From an uncultured Phycisphaerales bacterium (GTDB lineage: Bacteria > Planctomycetota > Phycisphaerae > Tepidisphaerales > Tepidisphaeraceae), in the NCBI GenBank assembly GCA_963758525.1, contig CAVWVQ010000003.1, positions 4,320,001 through 4,384,000 of the forward strand: a stretch of 64,000 nucleotides of DNA. Reading direction: 5' to 3'. The notes below the pieces were generated by a model, which saw only the letters and a program-made list of their open reading frames with translations, had not been told where the DNA came from and did no database searches. This document shows positions 55,160 to 64,000 of this stretch, piece after piece (the first letter of the stretch is position 1; each line of letters opens with the position of its first letter). Position numbers and translations under genes: made by a program.

Positions 55160-58100
55160 ATGCCCGAAGCTCCCAACCCCAAACTTCGCGAAGCTCCGCC
55201 GCCAGCATTGAAATCGGTGGCTCCCTCCTCCTGCGCCTATGCGGAGCTGGACGTCAAAACCAACTTCTCTTTTCTCCGCGGCGCTTCGCATGCCGACGAA
55301 CTGGTCTATCGTGCCGCGGAGCTGGGATATCGCGCGATCGGCATCACCGACATCAACTCTCTCGCCGGTGTCGTTCGTGCCCATGACGCGGCCAAGGAAG
55401 TCGGCCTGAAGCTTCTCGTCGGCTCCCGCCTCACGTTTTCCGACGCTCCCGACCTGCTCGTCTGGGCCAGCAATCGCGCGGGATACGCCAGGCTTTGCAG
55501 AATGCTAACCCTGGGAAAACGCCGGACCGAAAAAGGAGAATGCGATTTAAGGCTGGAGGATTTTTTGAATGATAATGAGGGGTTGGTGGCGGCCGTGGAG
55601 GGGGATCAAAGAGAGGCACGAAGGGAAGGAAGGAAGCAGGAGTCAGGAGCCAGAAGCCAGAAGTCAGAAGAGGAAACCGAAGATTGCAAATTGAGGATTG
55701 CAAATTGCAAATTGCAAATTGAAGAACACCTCCTCTCCCCTTCCTCCCCCTTCGTGCCGCAGCAAGGTCCCGCGCGCGCGGGATGCCTTCGTGCCTCCGT
55801 GCCTGCATTAATTTCCCTCCGCTCCTCCCTCGGCTCGCGTCTCTCGCTGATTGCCGCCTGCTCTTATGGCTCGGACGATTCCTCACATCTGCGCCGGTTG
55901 GCGGAGCTGTCGCGCCAATGCCATATTCCTCTTCTGGCGACCAATGCGGTTCACTATCACGACCCGTCCCGCCGGCGGCTGCAGGACGTGCTCACGTGCG
56001 TTCGCCATGGCTGCACCATCGACGAAGCGGGCTTTCGTCTGTTTCCAAACGGCGAACGCTATCTCAAATCGCCGCTGCAGATGCATCGGCTCTTTGCCGA
56101 CTATCCGCAGGCGCTGCGGCGGGGGATCGAGATTGCCGAGCAATGCGACTTTCAACTCGATTCGCTACGCTATGAATATCCCGACGAACTGGTTCCGGCC
56201 GGGAAATCTCCCATCGAACATCTGGGCAATCTCGCCTGGGCCGGGGCGGCTGAGCACTATCCAGCCGGCATTCCTCAAAAAGTGCGCGATCTGCTCAACC
56301 ACGAGCTGACGCTGATCGCACAACTCAAATTCGAAGCCTATTTTCTCACCGTCCATGATCTGGTGTGCTACGCGCGATCGCGCGGCATCCTCTGTCAGGG
56401 GCGCGGATCGGCCGCCAATTCCGCGGTCTGTTTCTGCATCGGGGTCACGTCGGTCAACCCTGTCGAAGTCGATTTGCTTTTCGAGCGGTTTATCAGTGCC
56501 GCCCGCAATGAGCCGCCGGACATTGACATCGATTTCGAACACGAGCGCCGCGAGGAGGTGATTCAATACATCTACGAAAAGTATGGCCGCGAGCGCGCCG
56601 GGATGACCGCCGAGGTAATCACCTATCGCGGTCGCTCCGCGGTCCGCGACGTGGGCAAAGCGATGGGCCTCACGCTTGACATGGTCGACACGATGGCCTC
56701 GAAGCTCGACTGGTGGCATCGCGGCGTGCTGAGCGAGCCGCAACTGCAGGAGTGCGGCCTGGACCCCGCGGATCGGACGATTCGTCGAGTCATTGCGCTT
56801 GCCACCGAGTTGCTGGGTTTTCCCCGCCACTTGAGCCAGCACGTCGGAGGGATGGTGATGACGCGCGGACCGTTGTGCGAACTGGTGCCGATTGAAAATG
56901 CGAGCATGCCGGATCGAACTGTCATTGAGTGGGATAAGAATGACATTGACTCGCTGGGGATTTTGAAAGTTGATGTGCTGGCGTTGGGAATGCTGACGTG
57001 TATTTCGAAGGCGCTTAAGTTGATCAGTTGGACAAATGTCAGAGACGAAGGGACAAAGGGACAAAGGGACGAAGGGGCGGAGGGGGGAAGGGACGAAGGG
57101 ACAGAGGGACGAAGGGACAAAGGGGCGGAGGGGGGAAGGGACGAAGGGACAGAGGGACGAAGAGACAAAGGGGAATGTGGGGAGGGGGATAAAGAGGCGA
57201 TATCTGATGCACAAAGTCAATACGTTTCGGGATCTGGTTGCTTGGCAACGAGGGATGGAACTGGCGCAAACGACGTATTCAGTGATCCTGAGGATGCCAC
57301 AAGCGGAGAGGTTTCGTCTTTTCAACCAGATGTGGCGGGCCGCGTACTCGATCCCGTCCAACATCGCGGAGGGATACGCCCGACAATCCCGCCCGGATTA
57401 TTTGAAGTTTCTGCGGATTGCTCGCGGTTCACTGGCAGAGCTGTCTACTCAAGTCGAATTAGCAATCAATCTTCGAATTATTACTCCGTGTGCACAACTG
57501 CAGAACCTGGAGAATCTGCTGATGGAGGAGGATCGAATTCTACAGGCGCTGATTATGAGCCTCCAACGCAAAACGCGACAGGAAGAGCAAATGAGGGGAG
57601 GGGCAAAGGGACAAAGGGACTAAGGGACGGAGGGACAGAGGGTAAGGCAAATCCCTCCGCCCCTTTGTCCCTGTGTCCCTCTGTCCCTTCGTCCCTCCCT
57701 TCCTCTGCCCCTTCGTCCCTTCTCCCTCCCTTGTCCCTCTCCTCCTTCCGTCCCACCGATCCCGCTGTCTACCAAATGATGTCGAATGCCGACACGGTCG
57801 GCGTTTTCCAGATTGAGAGCCGGGCGCAGATGTCCATGCTGCCGCGGCTGCGACCCAACTGCTTTTACGATCTCGTGATCGAAGTCGCGATCGTGCGCCC
57901 AGGCCCAATTCAGGGAAACATGGTTCACCCCTATTTGCGACGCCGTTGCGGCGAAGAAAAAGTCACATTCCCCAATGAAAAACTGCGCGAAGTGTTGAGC
58001 AAAACCCTCGGGGTTCCGCTTTTTCAGGAACAGGCGATGCGCATTGCAATGGTCGCGGCGGGTTTTACCGCCGACGAGGCGGACAAGTTGCCGCGCCATG

Positions 58101-59468
58101 GCAGCATGGCGTCGGACCAGCGCGCTGGAGGCATTTCATCAGAAAATCGTCCAAGGCATGCTTGCCAATGGGTACGAACAGGAATTCGCCGAACAGTGTT
58201 TCGATCAGATCAAGGGGTTCGGCGAATATGGATTTCCCGAGAGTCACGCCGCGTCGTTTGCGCTGCTGGTGTATGTCTCAGCCTGGATCAAACGTTACCA
58301 TCCCGCGGCCTTCGCGGCGGCGCTGATCAACAGCCAGCCGATGGGTTTTTATATGCCTGCACAAATCGTGCGCGATGCCAAAGAGCATGGGGTGGAAGTG
58401 CTTCCCGTGGATGTGAACCGGAGCCAATGGGATTGCACATTGGAGGGGGGAAGGGACGAAGGGACAGAGGGACATAGGGACGAAGGGACGAAGGGACAAA
58501 GGGACAAAGAGGTAGAGGGACAAAGGGACGAAGGGACAGAGGGACATAGGGACAAATGTGCAGAGGGAACAGATGGAGGGATGAAAGGACAAAGTGCGAA
58601 GATGACATGGGGGGCCGGGGGACCAGTATTGCGATTGGGGTTCCGTCTCATCAAGGGATTTCGCGAAACGCATGCACAACAGATTGCCGAAGCCCGTGCA
58701 AAATGGAAATGTTTTATTTCCATCGCGCAATTGCATCGGACGACGCGGCTGCCTGTCGCATCGTTGCGCATTCTTGCTGAAGCCGATGCGTTTGGATCAT
58801 TGGGAATCACCCGCCGTGAGGCGTTGTGGGAGGTGCTGGAGTTGAAGGATGAGGAGGCAGGGTTGTTTGAAGGGGGGGAGGGAGAAGGGACAAAGGGACA
58901 GAGGGACAAAGGGACAAAGTGCAAAGACGCCATTCCCGCTGCCCCTTTGTCCCTTCGTCCCTTCGTCCCTTCGTCCCTTCTCCCTCCCCTGCCCGCTGCC
59001 CCTTTGTCCCTTTGTCCCTCAGTCCCTTCGTCCCTTCTCCCTCCCATGCCCCTCGGCCAGGAAGTCATGACCGATTACGCGACGGCCGGCCTTTCGCTCA
59101 AGCAACATCCTGTTGCGCTGTTGCGCGATGAACTGCAGCGCAGAAAGATCATTCGTTCCATAGACCTGGATCCGTTACGCAATGGGCGATGGGTTAGCGT
59201 CGCGGGATTGGTGCTGATCCGGCAGCGGCCTGGGACGGCATCAGGCATCGTCTTCGAAACCCTTGAAGACGAAACCGGCATCGTGAATCTGATTGTGAAG
59301 CCGGATATTTACGAGCGCTACCGCCGCGCCGCCCGGCATGCGGGACTGCTCCAGGCCGAGGGATATCTGCAGAAACAGGGACAGGTCGTTCACGTGGTCG
59401 CCAAACGGCTCTTCGACTTGAGCGATTTGCTGCAAGGCCACGAATTTCAGTCGCGGGATTTTCATTAG
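55160..59468 (+). CDS. dnaE2: Error-prone DNA polymerase DnaE2 (ImuC), four in-frame repeat insertions; frameshift at ~58092
   Basis: YAEL..KTNFSFLRGAS PHP domain, QGRGSAANS, PPDIDIDFEH, HLSQHVGG, KVDVLALGML, GVFQIESRAQ, YGFPESHA, RQRPGTASG, C-terminal SRDFH. Confidence 0.93.
57207..57623 (+). CDS. Four-helix-bundle protein (23S rRNA intervening-sequence protein / Avd-like family), nested in the +1 frame inside dnaE2
   Basis: TFRDLVAWQRGMEL..Y..MP..ERF.L..QMWRAAYSIPSNIAEGYAR...FLRIARGSLAELSTQ; AAAGAGG RBS upstream of the ATG. Confidence 0.9.
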   Translation: MHKVNTFRDLVAWQRGMELAQTTYSVILRMPQAERFRLFNQMWRAAYSIPSNIAEGYARQSRPDYLKFLRIARGSLAELSTQVELAINLRIITPCAQLQNLENLLMEEDRILQALIMSLQRKTRQEEQMRGGAKGQRD

Positions 59469-59474
59469 AAGGAG

Positions 59475-59670
59475 AGAAACGTGAAGACGTGAAGACGTGA
59501 AACGTGAAACGTGAAACGTGAAACGTGAAACGTGAAGACGTGACAATGCGAATCCGCCCTCTCACGTTTCACGTCTTCACGTTTCAGGTCCCGTTCCACG
59601 TTCCAATCACCGGCACTGACCGCCCTCTCACGTCTTCACGTCTTCACCCCTCCCGTCACGTTCCACGTTC
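59475..59670. repeat. Inverted pair of (GTGAAAC/GTGAAGAC)n arrays downstream of dnaE2
   Basis: About 9 ACGTGAA(G/A) units followed by TCACGTTTCACGTCTTCAC arrays. Confidence 0.88.
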
Positions 59671-59792
59671 CAATCACCAGTGCCCGTCTTTATCGCCCCC
59701 GTTGCCGGCAACTTATGTGGACTTGGGCATCTGACGATGAACCCGATACAGTCTGGTCCGGCGTGGCGTTTGCAGGCAATCTATAATTCATA

Positions 59793-60899
59793 ATGACCGC
59801 GTTCGTGGAGTCGTGTGTCGTCACCGCAGCCGATTCGGCAGCGGCGGCGGTGCGCAAGTTGCGCGGACGGCCGCATGCCAGCAAATTGCTGCGCCTTTTG
59901 GCCCACAAGAAGAACATTCTGATCACCACCCATCGGCACCCCGACCCCGATGCCCTTGCCAGCGGGGTCGCCATGATGGCGCTCCTGTCGCAGAAACTGC
60001 CCGCCAGCGTGGTCAGCATGTCGGTCAAGGGGCAGATGGCCAGCGGGCTCAATGATGCGTTTGTGCGTTACACGGACCTCAAGCTTGTGCCATGGGATGA
60101 GGCCGCGCTCCCCAATTATGACGCGATCATCCTTCTCGATACGCAGCCCGCGTTTGCCTTCAGCCCGCTGCCGGTCGGGACAACGCCGCTGGCGGTCATC
60201 GATCATCATCGCGGGCGGGGACGGCGGCCCAACGTTCCGTTCTGCGACATTCGCCCCGAAGTGGGCGCTGCGGGCTCGATCGTCTTCAGCTACTTCATGG
60301 AGCTGGAAGTTCCCATCAAACCCGATCTGGCCGCAACACTGCTGTATGGCATCGAGTCCGACCTGGCGGGCGCCGCGGGGTTTCCCGGCGAACTCGATAA
60401 CATCGCCCTCTCGAGCCTCACGCTGATCGCCGATCCGCGCAAGCTCTATCGCATGCGCTACGTCGATCTGCCGCGCAGCTACTACATCGCTTACGCAAAT
60501 GGCCTGAACCATGCCGTGGTGTATGACAACCTGCTGATCTCCCACCTCGAATCGATCGAATCGCTCGAAACCCCGGCGGTGATCGCGGACTTCCTGCTCC
60601 GGCTCGATAAAGTGGATTGGACGATGGTCAGCGCCGTTCACGATGCGAAGCTGATCGTCAGCATTCGCACCAGCAACAGCAAAATCTCCGCCGCCGACAT
60701 TGCCCGGCGGCTCGTTCGCAAAGTAGGGGAGGGCGGCGGTCATCGCGCCAAAGCCGGCGCCTACATCAATATGGACACTGCCAATCCCGCCGAGATCGAA
60801 AAGTATCGGTCGCTCCTTCGCAAAAGGTTTTTGAGGCTATTGCATACCAGCTCCACCCGGGCGCAGAAACTGGTGCCTTTGCCGGGGAAGGCCGAGTGA
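59793..60899 (+). CDS. DHH/DHHA1 family phosphoesterase (NrnA-like)
   Basis: HRHPDPDAL, LDT, IDHH, GIESD, GGGHRAKAG. Confidence 0.92.
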   Translation: MTAFVESCVVTAADSAAAAVRKLRGRPHASKLLRLLAHKKNILITTHRHPDPDALASGVAMMALLSQKLPASVVSMSVKGQMASGLNDAFVRYTDLKLVPWDEAALPNYDAIILLDTQPAFAFSPLPVGTTPLAVIDHHRGRGRRPNVPFCDIRPEVGAAGSIVFSYFMELEVPIKPDLAATLLYGIESDLAGAAGFPGELDNIALSSLTLIADPRKLYRMRYVDLPRSYYIAYANGLNHAVVYDNLLISHLESIESLETPAVIADFLLRLDKVDWTMVSAVHDAKLIVSIRTSNSKISAADIARRLVRKVGEGGGHRAKAGAYINMDTANPAEIEKYRSLLRKRFLRLLHTSSTRAQKLVPLPGKAE

Positions 60900-60928
60900 C
60901 GAAATCCGGATGAGATTGCGCAATTCGG

Positions 60929-62557
60929 CTATCCCCCCAGCGAACGCGTGACGATCTGCTGCGCCTGTTCAACGATCATCTGCAAGTGCTCCGCGCTCTG
61001 AAAGCTCTCGGCGTAGATCTTGTAAATATTTTCGGTGCCGGAGGGACGCGCGGCGAACCAGCCGGACGCCGTCGTTACCTTGAGCCCTCCGATGGACGCG
61101 TGGTTGCCAGGGGCTTGAGTGAGCTTGGCGGTGATCGTTTCTCCGGCCAATTCGATTGCGGTAACGGCTTGGGGGGTCAGCTTTTTAAACGCGGCTTTTT
61201 GTGCGGGGGTGGCTGGAGCGTCGATGCGGGTGTAGTAGGGCGTGCCGAATCGTTGGGTCAGTTCGGAGTAGTGCTGGCCTGGATCTTTGCCGGTGCGGGC
61301 GGTGATCTCGGCGGCAAGCAGATTGAGGATGATTCCGTCCTTGTCGGTGGACCAGACGGTGCCGTCGGTGCGGAGGAAGCTCGCTCCGGCGCTTTCTTCG
61401 CCGCCGAAGCAGAATCGGCCGGTGTAGAGGCCGTCGGCAAACCACTTGAAGCCGACGGGAACCTCGCAGAGCGTGCGATGCAGATCGGCAACGACGCGAT
61501 CGATCATGCTGCTGCTCACCAGCGTTTTGCCCACGGCAGCGGACGTGGGCCAGTGCGGACGATTCTGCAGGAGATACTGGATCGCAACGGCAAGGTAATG
61601 ATTGGGGTTCATCAGGCCGGCAGATGGTGTGACGATGCCATGGCGATCCGAGTCGGGATCGTTGCCGAAGGCGACCTGATAGTCGTCCTTCAGTTTCACA
61701 AGACCGGCCATCGCGTAAGGGCTTGAGCAATCCATGCGGATCTTGCCGTCGTGATCGACGGTCATGAAGGAGAACGTCGGGTCGATCTTTGAATTGACGA
61801 TCGCCAGGTCAATTCTGTAGCGGTCGCGGATCGGCCCCCAATACGTGACCGAGGCTCCGCCCAGAGGATCGACGCCCAGCTTGACGCCGGAAGAACGAAT
61901 CGCTGGCAGGTCGACGACATTCCGCAGGTCTTCAACATAAGGCGTGACAAAGTCATATCGCTCGATCGACGAGACGTCTGAAGTGCGCTTCACATCGCGA
62001 TTGGATTGCTGGAGGAGCGCGTTGGCCCGGTCCTGGACCCAATTCGTGACATCGGCGTCGGCTGGTCCGCCGTTCGGCGGGTTGTACTTGAATCCGCCAT
62101 CGGCCGGCGGATTGTGCGACGGGGTGATGATGATTCCATCCGCCAGCCCCGCGGTTTTCCCGCGGTTGTGGGTCAGTATCGCGTGTGAAATCACGGGAGT
62201 CGGCGTCGGCTCGTCGTCGCGCGCGACGCGGACACTCACGCCATTGGCCGCCAGCACTTCCAGCGCCGTTCGCTGCGCCGGCGCCGAGAGCGCGTGGGTG
62301 TCTTTCCCCATCATCACCGGGCCGTCGATTCCCCTGGATTTGCGGTATTCGCAGATTGCCTGCGAGATCGCCAGGATGTGCGCTTCGGTGAACGTGCCGT
62401 CGAGCGACGTGCCGCGATGGCCGCTGGTACCGAAGCTCACGCGCTGCGCGGGATCGGACATGTCGGGCAACGTTTGGTAATACTTTCGATCGAGCGCAGC
62501 AACGTCGATGAGAAGACTTGCGGGAGCGAGCTTACCGGCGAGAGGTGAGAGGGGCAT
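60929..62557 (-). CDS. pgm: Phosphoglucomutase (alpha-D-glucose-1,6-bisphosphate-dependent)
   Basis: [32 protein letters not shown]. Confidence 0.96.
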   Translation of the reverse strand: MPLSPLAGKLAPASLLIDVAALDRKYYQTLPDMSDPAQRVSFGTSGHRGTSLDGTFTEAHILAISQAICEYRKSRGIDGPVMMGKDTHALSAPAQRTALEVLAANGVSVRVARDDEPTPTPVISHAILTHNRGKTAGLADGIIITPSHNPPADGGFKYNPPNGGPADADVTNWVQDRANALLQQSNRDVKRTSDVSSIERYDFVTPYVEDLRNVVDLPAIRSSGVKLGVDPLGGASVTYWGPIRDRYRIDLAIVNSKIDPTFSFMTVDHDGKIRMDCSSPYAMAGLVKLKDDYQVAFGNDPDSDRHGIVTPSAGLMNPNHYLAVAIQYLLQNRPHWPTSAAVGKTLVSSSMIDRVVADLHRTLCEVPVGFKWFADGLYTGRFCFGGEESAGASFLRTDGTVWSTDKDGIILNLLAAEITARTGKDPGQHYSELTQRFGTPYYTRIDAPATPAQKAAFKKLTPQAVTAIELAGETITAKLTQAPGNHASIGGLKVTTASGWFAARPSGTENIYKIYAESFQSAEHLQMIVEQAQQIVTRSLGG

Positions 62558-62619
62558 TGAAGCTCCGGGTTCAGGTTTAAGAACTCATCGTTGGGACGTC
62601 CGCTAATTTTTCCTTTTTC

Positions 62620-62702
62620 GGTTGCCATTTTTCATTTGTCATTGGTTTTCCGCCAGACCAGAGAATGAAAAATCTAAAATCTAAAATGAAAAATGAAAAA
62701 GT
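62620..62702. repeat. Inverted 7-mer arrays (TTTTCAT / ATGAAAA-ATCTAAA)
   Basis: CCATTTTTCATTTGTCATT ... AATGAAAAATCTAAAATCTAAAATGAAAAATGAAAAA; same family as 3660-3760. Confidence 0.75.
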
Positions 62703-62743
62703 GAACAACATGTTTCGAGCCCGCAAATTCCGCGGTCTGCGAC

Positions 62744-63924
62744 TCACTTCAACCGAAGGATCGTTTCTGCAAGGCGCTCGTACTGCGACGCGCCGTTATA
62801 CACCTGACAGCACGGACGAACGTGCGCGGATCCGTTCCAATGCATCACGGGCACTTCGATCCGCTCTTCATGATACAACCGGCGCTGCATTACCGCGGCA
62901 TCGGCCACGCTCAGTTGGTCGAGCGGCGCGGGAAGACGCACCGTGCACATCGATCCCAGCAATCGGCCGTCTGGCGATGTGATCGGCTCGACGCCCCATC
63001 GTTCACACAGCATCTGCTGCACCCAAACGGCCAGTTGATGATTGTACTCGCGGACGCGGTCCCATCCGAGGCCGGCGAGGAAATCCAGAGCGGCGGGAAT
63101 CGCCAGCCAGGCGGCGACATCGCGCGTTCCCTGCCAGGAAAACTCGGCGGCAAACCCATCCCCCAGATAATGGCTGATGATCAACGGATGAATCGCGGAT
63201 TGACGATCCGGCCGAACCCATAAAAACGCGCTCCCTTTGGGGGCGCAGACCCATTTGTGCAGATTGCCGGCGTAGTACGCCGCCCCCAGCGCGCTCACTT
63301 GAAGGGGGAGCATGGCCGGCGGCATGTCGCGCCGTCGATGAGAACATCAATGCCCCGCGCAGCGCAGGCAGCGACGATTGCCTCGACGGGAAAGATCAGC
63401 GCGGTCGGCGAGGTGACATGATCGATGATGAGCAGCCGGGTCGAACGAGATAGTGCCGCGACAATGCGCCCTTCAATCTCCGCGGGAGAACGGATCGGCG
63501 TCGGAATGTCAATTTCGCGAACGACTGCCCCTGCTCGGCTGGCAACGTAGCGCATTGCCTGGCGGACCGCGTGATAAACGTGCGTCGTGGTCAGCAATTC
63601 GTCGCCGGCTCGAAGCTCGAGCGATCGAAGCACCGCGTTCACCCCTTCGGTGGCGTTGGTCACCATGCCGAAATCTTGTTCCGCCATGCCGAACGTCGCG
63701 CCGATGGCTCGCTTGACGTCGCCCAGCAAAGCCGGTGCGCTGCGATAAAGCAGCTCGATCGGCTCGGCTTCGACGCGCTCGCGCCACGCCGTGTGCGCGT
63801 CAAACACCACGCGCGGGACCGCGCCGAACGACCCGTGATTGAGAAACGTGATGCGCGGATCGAGCATCCATTGCTTCTCGATGTCCAGACCAAATGGGGA
63901 GGGTGAGTCAGCCAGGGCACGCAC
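62744..63924 (-). CDS. Aminotransferase class V PLP enzyme (isopenicillin N epimerase/EgtE-like); frameshift at ~63328
   Basis: FLNHGSFGA, NATEGVN, DHVTSPTA, IDGA|H, GNLHKW.CAPKG, WQGTRD. Confidence 0.9.
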
Positions 63925-64000
63925 GACTGCAACTTATCGGCAAAGCGCGTCTGGGAAAAGACTGCCATCGCAACAGACTGCCATCGCAAAATTTATTCGC

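Noticed and set aside
57207..57623. Diversity-generating retroelement (Avd-like gene)
   Set aside because: No reverse transcriptase and no template/variable repeat pair differing at adenines in the window.
57041..57747. Intein in DnaE2
   Set aside because: The in-frame translation has no N-terminal C/S block, no terminal HN-C/S/T and no homing endonuclease. It is low-complexity plus an alternative-frame read of another gene.
54410..58100. Programmed frameshifting or pseudogenisation of imuB and dnaE2
   Set aside because: Both breaks are fixed by a 2-nt insertion at GCGC, the same signature seen in ftsK, ackA and other genes, so sequencing error is more parsimonious.

Overview
A GC-rich bacterial chromosomal segment, most likely from Planctomycetota (Phycisphaerae/Tepidisphaerales-like). 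This is inferred from a LEPRxLL-type secreted FG-GAP protein, a DUF1559-type prepilin-like protein, a PEP-CTERM tail, Uma2 and planctomycete-style DUF4139 genes. It holds tmRNA, a carbohydrate-use region, housekeeping genes (der, ftsK, dut, ackA, polA, coaE, rho, hsp20-lon, pgm), TA modules, a REP-flanked RAYT transposase and an imuA-imuB-dnaE2 SOS mutagenesis cassette with a candidate GAAC-N7 LexA-type operator. The most striking signal is in that cassette. It carries about eight in-frame insertions of 7/8-mer tandem-repeat or palindromic hairpin elements. The largest (~700 nt, inside dnaE2) carries a complete four-helix-bundle (23S rRNA-IVS/Avd-like) gene in the +1 frame, looped out by a 69-nt inverted repeat (63 Watson-Crick + 4 G-U pairs), while the dnaE2 frame stays open throughout. 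Related repeat families are scattered across intergenic regions. Separately, about 15 apparent frameshifts in otherwise intact genes fall at GCGC sites. These look like systematic long-read errors, possibly from GCGC methylation, rather than pseudogenes.
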